A stretch of DNA of 64,000 nt from an uncultured Acidobacteriota bacterium (GTDB taxonomy: Bacteria; Acidobacteriota; UBA6911). The notes below the pieces were generated by a model. The model was not told the DNA's origin. It did not search any database and was given only the letters and a program-made list of their open reading frames with translations. The stretch is from the NCBI GenBank assembly GCA_963843575.1, contig CAWJKZ010000017.1, forward strand, positions 96,001 through 160,000. Reading direction: 5' to 3'. This document shows positions 42,031 to 52,793 of the stretch, one piece after another (position 1 is the stretch's first letter; each line of letters starts with the position of its first letter). Position numbers and translations under genes: made by a program.

Positions 42031-44124
42031 TCAGCGGTCAGGTCGCCGGTTACCCTCCAGTTCGTCGAGGGCGCGCCCGGTCGCGGCCAGAAGCGCGTCC
42101 GGGCCGACAGGGGCACCGGTCGCGTTTTTCATCCACAGGTCGGGGGCTATGTTGCCCGACTTGACCATCCGTTCGAACTCGGATCCGACTGTCCCCGCCT
42201 TCCTGATCTGCTCCTCGATCTGGTGTGCGATCAGGTGACCGATCGGGTAATCGGGCAGATAGAGGAACGCGTCGATCATGTGCGAGTAGACCCCGAGCAG
42301 CACGACATCCTTGCGGTTGAACACCGGAGCGCAATACTTGTTCCAGGTGTCTCTGGAGATCTGGATGACGGCCTCCTTCAGCTGAACAGCCGTCGCATCG
42401 GGGTGGTCGTACATCCAGTGCCAGACCGCCATGTCGACCAGCGCCACGGCCGAGATCTCGTAGGTGCCCCAGAAATCGTTGAGGGTCTTAAGCGCCTCTC
42501 CCTTCGGGTCGGCCGAGGCGAGCTCGAGCAGCTGCAGGTCGCGTCCCTGGAAGACGAAGGCGAGCGCTTCGGTGAAGGCGGTATTGGGCACGCCGTTGAG
42601 GAGGTAGTGGTCGATGTAGTTGAGTGACAGCGTCTGTTCGACGTTGTGACCCATTTCGTGGACCGCGATATTGAACCCCTTGTAGTTCATCCCGCCCTTC
42701 TCGATGCGCGTGCGCAGGTGGGCCTTGGCGGAGCGCATCGATGCGCCCATGGCGTGCCCGGAACCGCGGGCGGGATCCACGAGGATGTTTTCGGCGATCT
42801 GCCCGGCGCGCTCGTGCTCGAAGCCGAGCGCCTCGAGCATGCGGGGGATGTCCGCGCGGTACGCCTCCGCGGACGGGTATCGTTGCGCCACGATCTTGTC
42901 GAGTTCCGCCTCGGAGTACCTGGTCTCGGCGCGGAAACCGTTGTACCAGATGTCGAAGGGTTCCAGCGGCCGTCCCAGCCGGGTTTCGATGAGTCTTGCG
43001 GTGCGGCGCACGGCCGGTGAGAGCAGGACGCTCTCGAGCATCGCGCGGACCCGGGCCTCCGGGAGTTCGCGGTTTTCGTCGAACCGGCGTGCGATCAGGG
43101 TGGGGGCGGTCGGTGAGTAAGGGTCGGCCTTCCTCGCGGCCTGGAATGTCCCCAGGAGCTCTTCGTAGCGCCGCGCCCCTTCCGGCGCAGGTGACGGGTT
43201 CGCGGCCGCTCCGGGGCGCGCACCCTCGTCGTCCCGGACGGCGGCAGACCGCACCTCGTTTGTGAACGGATTCCAGTCCACGCGGGGATTGTCGATGACG
43301 GCGGCGGGAATGGTCTGGGTCACGATCCGTTCCATGACCTGCTGAATCATGCGCTGTTTGGCCGGTCCGGTCTGGCGGTCGGCGTAATCGGCCTTGATCT
43401 CGTCGCGCAGGTTCCAGTGGGACAGCAGCCTCATTCCGGGCGGGAACAGGCGGCTTCCCCGATCGTCGATCAGGTGGTGCATCCAGATGTTGTATTCGGA
43501 GATGTAGCGGTCGGCCTCCGACCCGGCGGCAGCGATCGCCAGGTTCACGCCGGCGGGGATGCGCTTGGAGAACATCTGGGCCAGCCGCGCCTCCGCCCAC
43601 TGCCGGCGCGTCCAGCCCTCCCCTTGGGCCAGCCGCTGCTCGAGCGTCGTCAGGGGAAAGTTGAGCAAAACGGTGAATGCGATCTTGTTGTCGAAGAAGT
43701 CGTCGATGGCGTGGGCCGAAGGGTCGTAACCAGCGAACAGCTCGTCGTAGGGCTGGATGGACCCCCGGTCGAGGTCGACCTGCTGGCGGAACTCGCGCGT
43801 GAGCTCCTGCATGTGGCCGAAGAGCTGTTCGACAAGGTGCTCGTAGCGGTTGAACATGGTGTCGAGCGCCGCCTGGTCGGCGGCGAAATTCCCCAGGAGG
43901 AACTCCTCGAACGCCTTCCGGTCGCCATCTTCGGCGCGCCACAGGCGCGACACCTGGGCGATGCCGCGCGAGGCCCGGTCGCGGATCCCCTCCCCATGAC
44001 GCCTCACCAGTTCGGCCTCGGCGCTCGTCCCTGCCTCTTTCAACCACGGTGCCTGTGCCGCTTCCGACATGGCCACTCCTGCGATCAGGATGAGAAGCGC
44101 AGCAAACTTTCGAAGTTCCGTCAT
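42031..44124 (-). CDS. Secreted hypothetical zincin (gluzincin, M3/M2-like)
   Basis: Signal peptide; GSGHA; VHEMGHNVEQ; NTAFTEALA supplies a probable third zinc ligand. Confidence 0.7.
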   Translation of the reverse strand: MTELRKFAALLILIAGVAMSEAAQAPWLKEAGTSAEAELVRRHGEGIRDRASRGIAQVSRLWRAEDGDRKAFEEFLLGNFAADQAALDTMFNRYEHLVEQLFGHMQELTREFRQQVDLDRGSIQPYDELFAGYDPSAHAIDDFFDNKIAFTVLLNFPLTTLEQRLAQGEGWTRRQWAEARLAQMFSKRIPAGVNLAIAAAGSEADRYISEYNIWMHHLIDDRGSRLFPPGMRLLSHWNLRDEIKADYADRQTGPAKQRMIQQVMERIVTQTIPAAVIDNPRVDWNPFTNEVRSAAVRDDEGARPGAAANPSPAPEGARRYEELLGTFQAARKADPYSPTAPTLIARRFDENRELPEARVRAMLESVLLSPAVRRTARLIETRLGRPLEPFDIWYNGFRAETRYSEAELDKIVAQRYPSAEAYRADIPRMLEALGFEHERAGQIAENILVDPARGSGHAMGASMRSAKAHLRTRIEKGGMNYKGFNIAVHEMGHNVEQTLSLNYIDHYLLNGVPNTAFTEALAFVFQGRDLQLLELASADPKGEALKTLNDFWGTYEISAVALVDMAVWHWMYDHPDATAVQLKEAVIQISRDTWNKYCAPVFNRKDVVLLGVYSHMIDAFLYLPDYPIGHLIAHQIEEQIRKAGTVGSEFERMVKSGNIAPDLWMKNATGAPVGPDALLAATGRALDELEGNRRPDR

Positions 44125-44337
44125 ACCCACTCCCGGCCCCCTCGTGTCGATGTATCGTACAAACCTGGACATGAACCTTATACGCATCTTGAACCGCAGG
44201 GCAAGGGCAGGCAAAAAACAAGCCCCGGGATACACGGAAGGAATCGTCGAGACCATGAAATCAGGTTCCGACTTTCCGTCCTCCGCATCGAGATCCGCGT
44301 AAGGCAGCTCACCTGGAAGGCACGTCCCGAAGAACTC

Positions 44338-45636
44338 TCACTTGCCGATGCAGATGAGCTGATCGTCGCTCCGGAAGAAAATGTTGCCACCCGAGATCGC
44401 GGGCGAGGCCGTGATGCGCTCGCCGAGGCGGTTGCGTGCCAGGATCCTCCGCTCGCGCCCGGCCTCCGCGACGATCGTTTCTCCGGATTCGGCGGTGAAG
44501 TACACCTTGCCGTCGCCAGCCACGGGCGAGGCGAAGAAGAGCCCGCCGGCGCGCTCCTGCCAGAGCCTCGCACCCGACTTCTGATCCACGCAGGTGAGGA
44601 CGCCGGCGTCGTTGGCCATGAAGATGAGGCCCTGGTAGGCGACGACCGACGACACGTAAGCCCCGCCGGCGGGAACGGACCAGAGGACATGCGTATCCGT
44701 GATGTCGCCGCGGCCCCCGAGCCGGATCGCCATGTACGGGCTGCTCCTGTAGCCACGGCTGGTGTAGAGGACGCCGTCCTCGAAGGAGGGGACGGGAACC
44801 GAGAGCTGAACCGGAGTCCCCGTAAACCAGAGACGCTTGCCGGTCGCAGGCTCGTAGGACTCTATCCGCGCGCTCGTGTTGACGATCAGCTCGTCGCCGG
44901 CCGGGCCACGAACGACGGTTGGGGTGCTGTAGGAACGCAACTCCTTGCCGCGGTCCACCTTCCAGCGCTCGCGGCCGGTCCGGGTGTCGAGCGCCACCAT
45001 GTAGGCCGACGGCTTGTGGTCGCAAAGCAGGATCAGCAGGTCGTGGTAGAGCGCGGGCGAACTGCCGTGCCCCCAGTCGATGTCAAACGGCGCATACTCC
45101 CTGGCCATGTGCCGCTGCCAGACGAGCCGGCCGGCCGCGTCGAGCGCCACCAACTGACCGGTTGCGAACCACGCATACACCTGGCGGCCGTCGGTGACCG
45201 GGCTCGGGCTGGCCATGTTGTGGTTTTGGTGAAGCTCGGGAAGCTCCCCTTCCGCGGCAAACCGGTGTTCCCAGGCACGCGCACCGTCGGAGCGCCGGAA
45301 CGCCTCGACCGCAAACTGGACCTCCTGTGAGTCCGCCCGCGCCGCCAGCGGCTTCTCCGGTTCGATCCCTTCGCCCCGAGCCAGGGTCGGGTGGGATCCC
45401 GGGCGCAACCGGGCCTTCCCGATCTGCGAGGTTACCACCACCAGATCACCCCAAACAATCGGCGACGAAGCCCCGGAACCGGCCAGCCCCACCTTCCAGC
45501 GAGCGTCCCCTGCAGTCCACTTCTCCGGCAGGACCGTTTCGGACGAGACCCCGGAACCGGCCGGGCCCCTCCACTGCGGCCAGTCTTCCCCTAACGCCGT
45601 TCCGGCCAGAAACACGAAGGCAAGGAACCACTTCAT
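44338..45636 (-). CDS. PQQ-like beta-propeller protein
   Basis: DWPQWRGP, SSPIV, SPVTDG, YSTP, ASPV repeats. Confidence 0.88.
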   Translation of the reverse strand: MKWFLAFVFLAGTALGEDWPQWRGPAGSGVSSETVLPEKWTAGDARWKVGLAGSGASSPIVWGDLVVVTSQIGKARLRPGSHPTLARGEGIEPEKPLAARADSQEVQFAVEAFRRSDGARAWEHRFAAEGELPELHQNHNMASPSPVTDGRQVYAWFATGQLVALDAAGRLVWQRHMAREYAPFDIDWGHGSSPALYHDLLILLCDHKPSAYMVALDTRTGRERWKVDRGKELRSYSTPTVVRGPAGDELIVNTSARIESYEPATGKRLWFTGTPVQLSVPVPSFEDGVLYTSRGYRSSPYMAIRLGGRGDITDTHVLWSVPAGGAYVSSVVAYQGLIFMANDAGVLTCVDQKSGARLWQERAGGLFFASPVAGDGKVYFTAESGETIVAEAGRERRILARNRLGERITASPAISGGNIFFRSDDQLICIGK

Positions 45637-45784
45637 GGCATATCCTCCCGGGGGTGACACGACAGAATGCCCGGACCGTCAGTATATGGGAGTCTCATCT
45701 CCAGGCTGTACGGGAACCGGTTGGCGGCGTAACCTTATGGTTCATGTAGCTGAGTTCACGTCAGCCACGGAACGGAGAAACCGC

Positions 45785-46105
45785 ATGAAACGCTGCATGG
45801 GTTTTTGCCTCATACTGTCGATCATCCTGATCGCGGCCGCTCCAATGGTCGCGCAGGACCAACCTGCCGCTCAACAACGGGCCCGCTACACCGGGACGGT
45901 GGCCGACCTCAACAAGGACGCCTCGTCCTTCACGCTGCAGGGCGACAACAAAGTCCAAATCTACTTCGACCCGAACACCAAGATCACGATCCGCAACGAG
46001 GCCGGCACCCTCGCCGACCTGAAGAACGGCCAGAAGGTGATCTGCCTGGTTGACGCCGCGGACCAGGGCAAGTTGACGGCCAAGCGGATCGACATCAGAG
46101 AGTGA
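45785..46105 (+). CDS. Small secreted beta-barrel protein (DUF5666-like)
   Basis: Signal peptide; YTGTVADLN..FTL..DPNTKI..LKNGQKV..AKRIDI. Confidence 0.65.
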   Translation: MKRCMGFCLILSIILIAAAPMVAQDQPAAQQRARYTGTVADLNKDASSFTLQGDNKVQIYFDPNTKITIRNEAGTLADLKNGQKVICLVDAADQGKLTAKRIDIRE

Positions 46106-46129
46106 CGGCACTCGCGCAGCAGGGCGAGC

Positions 46130-47077
46130 TCAGGGGGCGGACTGCGCGCCACCGCCCCTGATGCGCTTGTAGGCGGGCGGGTGACGGTTTGCCGGTCCGT
46201 ATACCTGGTTGAAGGCGGAACGGACTTTCCTGAGCGCCGTCAGGTTCAGGTCCCCCACGAGCACGTTCTCTGCCCGATCCAGTTCGTCCACCGTCGAGCC
46301 GTCGAAATCGATGATCGAGCTCGTCCCGGAATTGTGCGGCGCGGCGAAGTTCACGCGCACGAGGTAAACCCGGTTCTCCAGCGCGCGCGTCTGGAAGAGG
46401 TGGACCAGGAGCGGACGGGAGAAGTCGCTGGTGCAGTACGGGGAGAAAACGATCTCGGCCCCGCCCAGCGCGAGTTCCCGGGTGGACTCCGGGTGCTGGA
46501 TGTCGTAGCAGATCTGAATTCCCACGACAGTCCGGATGCCGTCGATTTCGACCTGCCACACCGGGAAACCGTCGCCGCGGTTGACCCCCGACGCGACCAT
46601 CCAGTTCTGCAGGTGGACCTTGCTGTATTTCCCGACGATGTCGCCGGCGGGATTGATCAGGACCGCCGTGTTGAACAGCCGTCCGTCACGGTTTTCGTCC
46701 ATGCCGAAAACCATCCAGACCCGCAGTTCGCGGGCGAGGGCCCCGAGCCGTGTGGTCGTGGGACCCGGGATCGTCTCCGCCGCCTCCAGGATCCTGCGGC
46801 GCATATCGACGAGCGTGGGATCGTCCAGCGCCGTGTCGGGCTGCAATCGGACACGCGGGTAACCCTGCAGGGCCACCTCGGGGGAACACAGGATGCGGGC
46901 GCCGCGCGCCGCCGCTTGCCGCATCAGCTCCTCCGCGCGCTTCAGGTTGTACTCCTTATCGAACTCGCGAGCGTTCATCTGGATGAGACCGACACGGATC
47001 ACGTCGTCGGCGCGGAGCGCCGCGCAAGGCACAAGGACTGCGACAGCCAGCCAAGCCCACCGAATCGCCCGCATCAC
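46130..47077 (-). CDS. Carbon-nitrogen hydrolase (nitrilase superfamily), secreted
   Basis: E-K-C triad motifs: SPEV, YSKVHL, QICYD. Confidence 0.88.
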   Translation of the reverse strand: MMRAIRWAWLAVAVLVPCAALRADDVIRVGLIQMNAREFDKEYNLKRAEELMRQAAARGARILCSPEVALQGYPRVRLQPDTALDDPTLVDMRRRILEAAETIPGPTTTRLGALARELRVWMVFGMDENRDGRLFNTAVLINPAGDIVGKYSKVHLQNWMVASGVNRGDGFPVWQVEIDGIRTVVGIQICYDIQHPESTRELALGGAEIVFSPYCTSDFSRPLLVHLFQTRALENRVYLVRVNFAAPHNSGTSSIIDFDGSTVDELDRAENVLVGDLNLTALRKVRSAFNQVYGPANRHPPAYKRIRGGGAQSAP

Positions 47078-48057
47078 CGTCCCTCCTTCCGGTCCCGGCC
47101 CGCCGCGTCGAGGTGCCGGCCCAGGAAAACCACGACTTTTTCGAACGCCTGCGCGGCCCGTGCGTCGTCCATGTCGTGGTCGAAGCCATGCTGGCCTCCG
47201 GCGATCGGGATGAATTCGTGCGTCACACCCGCTCGCGTCAGCTCGCGATCCATCAGGACCGACTGCTCAAAAGGTACGTCGGTATCCTGGTCCCCGTGCA
47301 GGAGCAGGGTCGGAGGGTATTGCGCATCGACGTTGCGGACCGGGCAGAACGGGTCGAACCGGCGCGGTTCGGCCCCGGGGTCGATGCCGGCGACCTCCTT
47401 CGGCCAGAGTCCCTGTTGCCGGCAATAGAGGTAAAACGGCCAGCGGCTCTCTTCGGCGGCGTCCGCGCATCCCGGCGGCCGCCCCACCCCGGCGAGGGCC
47501 TGCGCCCTGGACACCGCCGGTTCCTTCAGGTAGAACGGGTCCGGCCGGCTGTACCACTCCCCGACGATGTCTCCGTAGCCGTAGAACGACACGATCGCGC
47601 GCGGCCTGGGACTCAGTCGATGACCGCACGTGAGTGCGAGATACCCGCCCGCCGAGTGCCCAATGACGCCGATGCGGTCCGGATCGATGCCGGCGAGGGA
47701 TGGCCCACGCACGCGCATCCATCGGTAGGCCCCGGCCACGTCTTCGAGGATGGCCGGCAGCTTGGTTTCGGGGGCGAGCCGGTAATCGATCGAGACGACG
47801 ACGAAGCCGGCCTCCAGGTAACGCGCCAGCTGGCGCCGGTTGATCTTGGTCTTGTCGCCGAAGATGAGTGCCCCGCCGTGCAGCCAGAGGAGCGCGGGGC
47901 GCGCGCCCGCGCCGCCGGTCCGGTATATGTCCGCCCCGATTCGGCAAGCGCCGACGCTCTTGTATACAATCGTCCGCGCCGGCGGAACCTCCGACGCGGC
48001 CGCTGCGGGGCCCCCGCCGAACAGGGCCATCAGGACCGCGACCCATGCCGGTATCAT
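47074..48057 (-). CDS. Alpha/beta hydrolase (HSL-like esterase)
   Basis: HGG, DYRLAPE, GHSAGG, HGDQD, HGF. Confidence 0.88.
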   Translation of the reverse strand: MIPAWVAVLMALFGGGPAAAASEVPPARTIVYKSVGACRIGADIYRTGGAGARPALLWLHGGALIFGDKTKINRRQLARYLEAGFVVVSIDYRLAPETKLPAILEDVAGAYRWMRVRGPSLAGIDPDRIGVIGHSAGGYLALTCGHRLSPRPRAIVSFYGYGDIVGEWYSRPDPFYLKEPAVSRAQALAGVGRPPGCADAAEESRWPFYLYCRQQGLWPKEVAGIDPGAEPRRFDPFCPVRNVDAQYPPTLLLHGDQDTDVPFEQSVLMDRELTRAGVTHEFIPIAGGQHGFDHDMDDARAAQAFEKVVVFLGRHLDAAGRDRKEGR

Positions 48058-48080
48058 GGCAAAGCCTCCCAACCTGCGGG

Positions 48081-49727
48081 TCACTTCCCGAGCAGTCCGC
48101 GGAGCATGCTGCGCACGTCCCCGAGACCACGCACACTGGCTATGATCGACACTACCACGAAAAGCCCCAGCGCCAACGCGAATACCAGGGGCCAGGCAAG
48201 ACGCCACGTGCCGGCGCCGATCACTCCCGAGTTAAGATAATAGCCCGTGACGGGGACAAGGGCACCCAGCAGACACAGAAGCACACCCCGCACGATCCCC
48301 GACGGGACATGCGGGCCAACCAGCGATCCACCCCACATCCCGACGAGGGCGGAGGCGAAGCTGATGACCCCGATGGCGCCGGTCCAGCCCTGAGGATTGG
48401 GAATCACGAAATAGATCGAGGTAGCCGCCCCGCCCAGCACCAGGGAGCACAGCGCGCCGAAACGATGGGCCCGCTTCCAGTAAAGCCCGCCCACGACGGC
48501 CCAGAACGTCCCCGCAAGGAAGAGGTTTGCGGTCATCTGCAGGTAGAAGTACGTTGCGGTCGGCACGATGTAAAACAGCCCCCAGCCGACGATGAACACG
48601 GTCAGGACCACGATGGTCAGCTGGTTGACGACCAACTGGGTCCTGCCGCTGAGCGGTCGACGGACCATGGGGATCAGGACGTCCTGCGAAATGACCGAAC
48701 TCCACGCGAGCAGATAGCCGCTGTAGGTGGACATCGAAGCGGCCAGCATCCCGGCGATGACGAGGCCGAGCACGCCGGGAGGCAGAACGTCGCGCAGGAA
48801 GGTCGGCATTGCCTCGATGGGTTTCCCCATCCGGTTGCCCAGGTAGGCCATCGCTGCAATGCCCCAGACGAAGGGCAGGATCGCGCGCGCCAGAGCGAGA
48901 TAGCCCGTCCAGGTGAAGATCTTCCGGCTGGTCTCGGGGCTTTCCGAGGAGAAGGTGCGCGACGCGATCGGGGCCCATGTGGTCAGGAGCGCAAGCCAGG
49001 AAAACACCTGCCATATTATGAACTTCCACCCGAGGTCGGGATGGACCATCGGATTGAACCCCTTGTCGCCCAGATTGGCCTGCACCGCGTCGACCATCGA
49101 GGTCCAGCCCACCGCGTAAAAGCAGTAGAACGTGATGATGAGCATGCTCACGGCGAGCACGATGTATTGAACGTAGTTGGTGACGATCACGGAGACCATG
49201 CCGCCCAGCACCGTGTAGACCAGCACGATCGCCATCAGGAACACCATGGTCCAGACGATGTATTGCTGCGGCACCCCGGTGACGATGTTGAGGAAGGTCG
49301 CTTCGATGATCGGGAACACCCCGAAATTCAGCGCTCCTCCGACCGCCATGAGTACGCCGGCCAACACCCGGACGTCCCGCCCGTACTTCGTCTCGAAGAA
49401 ATGCGAGATCGTGACCAGTTCGAGTTCGCGGTAGCGCCTGATGACGAACCCGGTCCGCCCCACCAGCAGGTACACCGCCGCCGTTATGATGCCGGACAGA
49501 AACGCGGCGAACCCGAACACCACCCCCATTTCCGCATAGTACATGTAGGTGATGATCCCGATCTCGGTCGCGACGAGCGAGATCATGCCCACGTACATTC
49601 CCATGCCGCGGCCGGCAATGAGAAAGGCCTCCGAATTCTTGACGTACCGTTTGCCGAGGATCCCCACGTAAAACACGACGCCGAGATACGCGGCCAGGAT
49701 GATCCAGTCGATTGGCGTGAAGTTCAT
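48081..49727 (-). CDS. Sodium:solute symporter (SSS family)
   Basis: FLIAGR, YTVLGGMVSVIVTN, AASMST; more than 13 TM segments. Confidence 0.9.
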   Translation of the reverse strand: MNFTPIDWIILAAYLGVVFYVGILGKRYVKNSEAFLIAGRGMGMYVGMISLVATEIGIITYMYYAEMGVVFGFAAFLSGIITAAVYLLVGRTGFVIRRYRELELVTISHFFETKYGRDVRVLAGVLMAVGGALNFGVFPIIEATFLNIVTGVPQQYIVWTMVFLMAIVLVYTVLGGMVSVIVTNYVQYIVLAVSMLIITFYCFYAVGWTSMVDAVQANLGDKGFNPMVHPDLGWKFIIWQVFSWLALLTTWAPIASRTFSSESPETSRKIFTWTGYLALARAILPFVWGIAAMAYLGNRMGKPIEAMPTFLRDVLPPGVLGLVIAGMLAASMSTYSGYLLAWSSVISQDVLIPMVRRPLSGRTQLVVNQLTIVVLTVFIVGWGLFYIVPTATYFYLQMTANLFLAGTFWAVVGGLYWKRAHRFGALCSLVLGGAATSIYFVIPNPQGWTGAIGVISFASALVGMWGGSLVGPHVPSGIVRGVLLCLLGALVPVTGYYLNSGVIGAGTWRLAWPLVFALALGLFVVVSIIASVRGLGDVRSMLRGLLGK

Positions 49728-49833
49728 ATTTGATTCCCTGTCAGGCTACGGGTGCATCTGCTGGAAAGCTCAGTGGTCAATTGCATAAACTCTTTCGGAC
49801 GCGGATGGACGCGAATCCACGCACCATAGGCGG

Positions 49834-51523
49834 CTAAGGCTCGCGCCGGTCGGGCCAGGCGATCTGGACCCCCTGGGCCCGGATGCGGTCCTGGAAGCCT
49901 GCGAGCAGCTTTCCCTCGTTGCGGATGTGCCGTGGCGCGGTCCGCAGCCTCAGGCTCTCGACCGCCAGCAGCGCCGCCGACTCCCCGATGTTCCACTCCA
50001 CCGGGTGCAGCCGGTAGCAGCCGTTGGTGATGTGGGTAACGCCGAGATTCTTCGCCGCCGCGAGCAGATTCTCCACCCGGCGCGGGATTAGCGAGCCGAG
50101 CGGGATCTGGAACGGCAGGGAATCGACGTCGATGTAGTTGTTGCCCCCGCTGCTGGGGTGCAGATCGATACGGTAGCTCCCCACCCCGACCGAGTCCGGG
50201 AAGACCTCCGCGGTCAATCCGGACGCCGGCCGACCTGTGACGAGCGCGCGGGCGTCGGTCCCGACGTGTTGTTCGAGGACGGTGAACTCCGCCAGGATCC
50301 TGCGCGACTTCGCGGATGTACGGGTACTTGGCGAGACCGTCCTCGGTGCCGGTCACGTCGGGGCGCAGGCGCAGGCCGCGCCACCCCTGGCCTCCGTCGG
50401 CCCGGGGCGCTTCGGTCTGCATCCAATAGAGCAGCGACAGGCTCAACTGCCTGGCGCGGGCCAGGTGCCGCGCGGCTTCGTCGGCCGAAACCTCGTGAAG
50501 ATTTCCCAGCCAGTAGTCGTTCTGCGGCCAGTTGACGAGGCAGATGTCGGACCTGTAGCCGCGAGCGAAGTTCTTTTTTCGGGCGATGCGGCGGTAAGTC
50601 CACAGCCCACCGTCGGTGCCGCGCGTGTCGCACTCGGGGTCGAACGGGTGGGTGCGCGGCTGCAGCGTGATCGGGTGGGTCGTGTTCCAGCTGAGCAGCT
50701 TACCCGGCCAGGGCGGCGTGAGCGCGGGCACGTACTCGCGCCAGAACCCGTACTCGGCCGGCCTTTCGATGGTGTGGTCCTCGCCGGGGAGGTGGTCGAT
50801 GACGAAGCACCAGGTGAACGCCTGGATGTTCGCAGGTTGCGCCTGCTCGGGCGCATGCGGCTCCCCGGTCTGGCTGCGCGATTCGAAACCCGTCACGTAC
50901 TCGACGCGCGCGAGGGGGAGCAGGTCGCCCTGTTCGGTGGCGTCGAGGAAAAAGGGGGCGGTGATGACCTGGTCGCGCCCGCCCCGGGCAGCGCGCACGG
51001 TTACGGCCTTGACGCGGTCCCGGTCGACGTCGGCGCCGACCGGCTTGCGTTGCGTCAGGATGATCAGGCGGCCTTTCTTGACATAGGGCTCGAGCATCTT
51101 CTCGAGAACCGCCCTTGAGACTTGCGGCTCGTGGGTTATGTGCGAAACGGTGCCGTCGCCCGGATTCAGATTGGGGCGCGAGCGCGCCTCGGCGGTCAGC
51201 GGCAGGTGCTTGCGGTAGTAGTCCCTCACCGCACTGCGGTAATCGCGGTACGAACCGGTGAGTCCGAACTCCTCGATCCAGCGGTGCTCGTCCGGGGGGA
51301 CAGCCTGCGACGTGAGCTGGCCGCCGAGCCAGTCGGTCTCCTCGGTCATGATGACGCGTGCGCCGTTGCGCGCGGCCGCTAGGGCGGCGGCGCACCCACC
51401 GGTACCGCCTCCGATGATGGCGACGTCGCAGCGCAACTCGCCGGCGGCGGCGAGCCCCTCCGGCAGAAGCGCGCATGCCGACGCCGACGCCAGAAACTGC
51501 CGCCGTGATACGTGCCCGCCCAT
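49834..51523 (-). CDS. FAD-dependent oxidoreductase with Tat signal (frameshift near 50310)
   Basis: SRRQFL leader; IIGGGTGG; GGQLT; LDATEQGD; PYIRE; [12 protein letters not shown]. Confidence 0.88.
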
Positions 51524-51551
51524 GACACCTCCCGATGGTTGAAACCCTGAA

Positions 51552-51728
51552 ACGGAGGGACACCGAAGGACCTGGCCTGGGCGAGTCTGAACCCACTGGA
51601 AAGCCTCAGAGGGCAATCACAGGGATTCAACTCGAAGGCTCCAGGAGCTCAGGGAACCCGAGGAGCCGCTGGTTGGGTCGCACTCGTCCTTCCGTGTCCT
51701 CCCGCTTCTTTCCGTGTCTTCCGTGACT
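51552..51728. repeat. Foldback with (T)CCGTGTC-type ~9-10-mer units
   Basis: ACGGAGGGACACCGAAGGAC is inverted against GTCCTTCCGTGTCCTCCCG, with further TCCGTG units. Confidence 0.45.
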
Positions 51729-51749
51729 TGTCTTTTCGCTCGTCCTCGT

Positions 51750-52760
51750 TCAGGCCAAGGCGGCGCCGCCACCCAGGGTCGCAGCGGCCCTGGCGGCCCA
51801 GTCTGGTTCTTCGAGCATCGCGCGGCCTATCCCGATGAGGTCGGCCTGTCCCCCCCGCACGACGCGGTCTGCCAGCGCAGCCTCCCGGATCCCGCCCGTG
51901 ACCATGACCGGAACGTGCACGACGGCCTTAATGGCGGCCGCATACGGGACGAAGTAGCCCGTCTCTCCACCGCTGCCGCGCGCGCCTTGCAGCCCGCCGG
52001 AGACGTCGATCATGTCGGCGCCCCGACCTTCGAGCCACTGCGCCACGCGCGACGACTCGCTCACCTCCAGACCCCCGGGCATTTCGTCGGCGGCTCCCAG
52101 CCGGACGAAGACCGGCACGGCCGGGCCGAGCCGGTGGCGGATCTCCGAGAGCACCTCGAGGTGCAACCGGCCGCGGTTCTCGAGCGTGCCGCCATACTCG
52201 TCGGTCCTCTGGTTCGTAAGGGGCGAGAGGAACTCCGAGAGCAGGAAGCCATGGGCGGCGTGGATCTCGATGGCGTCGAATCCCGCCGCCCGGGCCCGGA
52301 CAGCCCCGTCGCCGAAAGCCCGCACGATCCCGGCGATCTGCCCGACGGTCAACTCCTCCGGCACCTCGCCGTTGGGCTCGTTCGGGTGGCGCAACGCCGA
52401 GGGGGCGAAGGGCTTCCGCCCCAGGATAGCCGAGCGCGCGCGCGAACCCGCGTGCGTTATCTGCAGCGCGACGACGGCCCCTTCGCCCCGCACCGCCGCT
52501 GCGAGCCGCGCCAGCCCATCGACGTGGGCGTCGGAAACGATGCCGAGCTGCGTGGGCGTATGCCTGCCCGACGGGTGCACGAACGTGTGCTCGACGATCA
52601 CCAGCCCACACCCTCCGGCTGCCCGCTTCCGGTGATAATCGATGATGACATCGGTGACGAAACCTTCGGGTGTCGCCTGGCCGGACCACATCGGGGGCAT
52701 CACGATCCGGTTGCGCAGCCGGAGGCCGGCAAAAGACAAAGGGGTCAGCAGACTGGCCAC
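51750..52760 (-). CDS. NADH:flavin oxidoreductase (Old Yellow Enzyme family)
   Basis: LRNRIVMPPM, HAAHGFLLSEFLSP, NQRTDEYGG. Confidence 0.92.
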   Translation of the reverse strand: MASLLTPLSFAGLRLRNRIVMPPMWSGQATPEGFVTDVIIDYHRKRAAGGCGLVIVEHTFVHPSGRHTPTQLGIVSDAHVDGLARLAAAVRGEGAVVALQITHAGSRARSAILGRKPFAPSALRHPNEPNGEVPEELTVGQIAGIVRAFGDGAVRARAAGFDAIEIHAAHGFLLSEFLSPLTNQRTDEYGGTLENRGRLHLEVLSEIRHRLGPAVPVFVRLGAADEMPGGLEVSESSRVAQWLEGRGADMIDVSGGLQGARGSGGETGYFVPYAAAIKAVVHVPVMVTGGIREAALADRVVRGGQADLIGIGRAMLEEPDWAARAAATLGGGAALA

Positions 52761-52793
52761 GGTCGAATCCTCCTGGGTGAAAACCGCCTGTCT

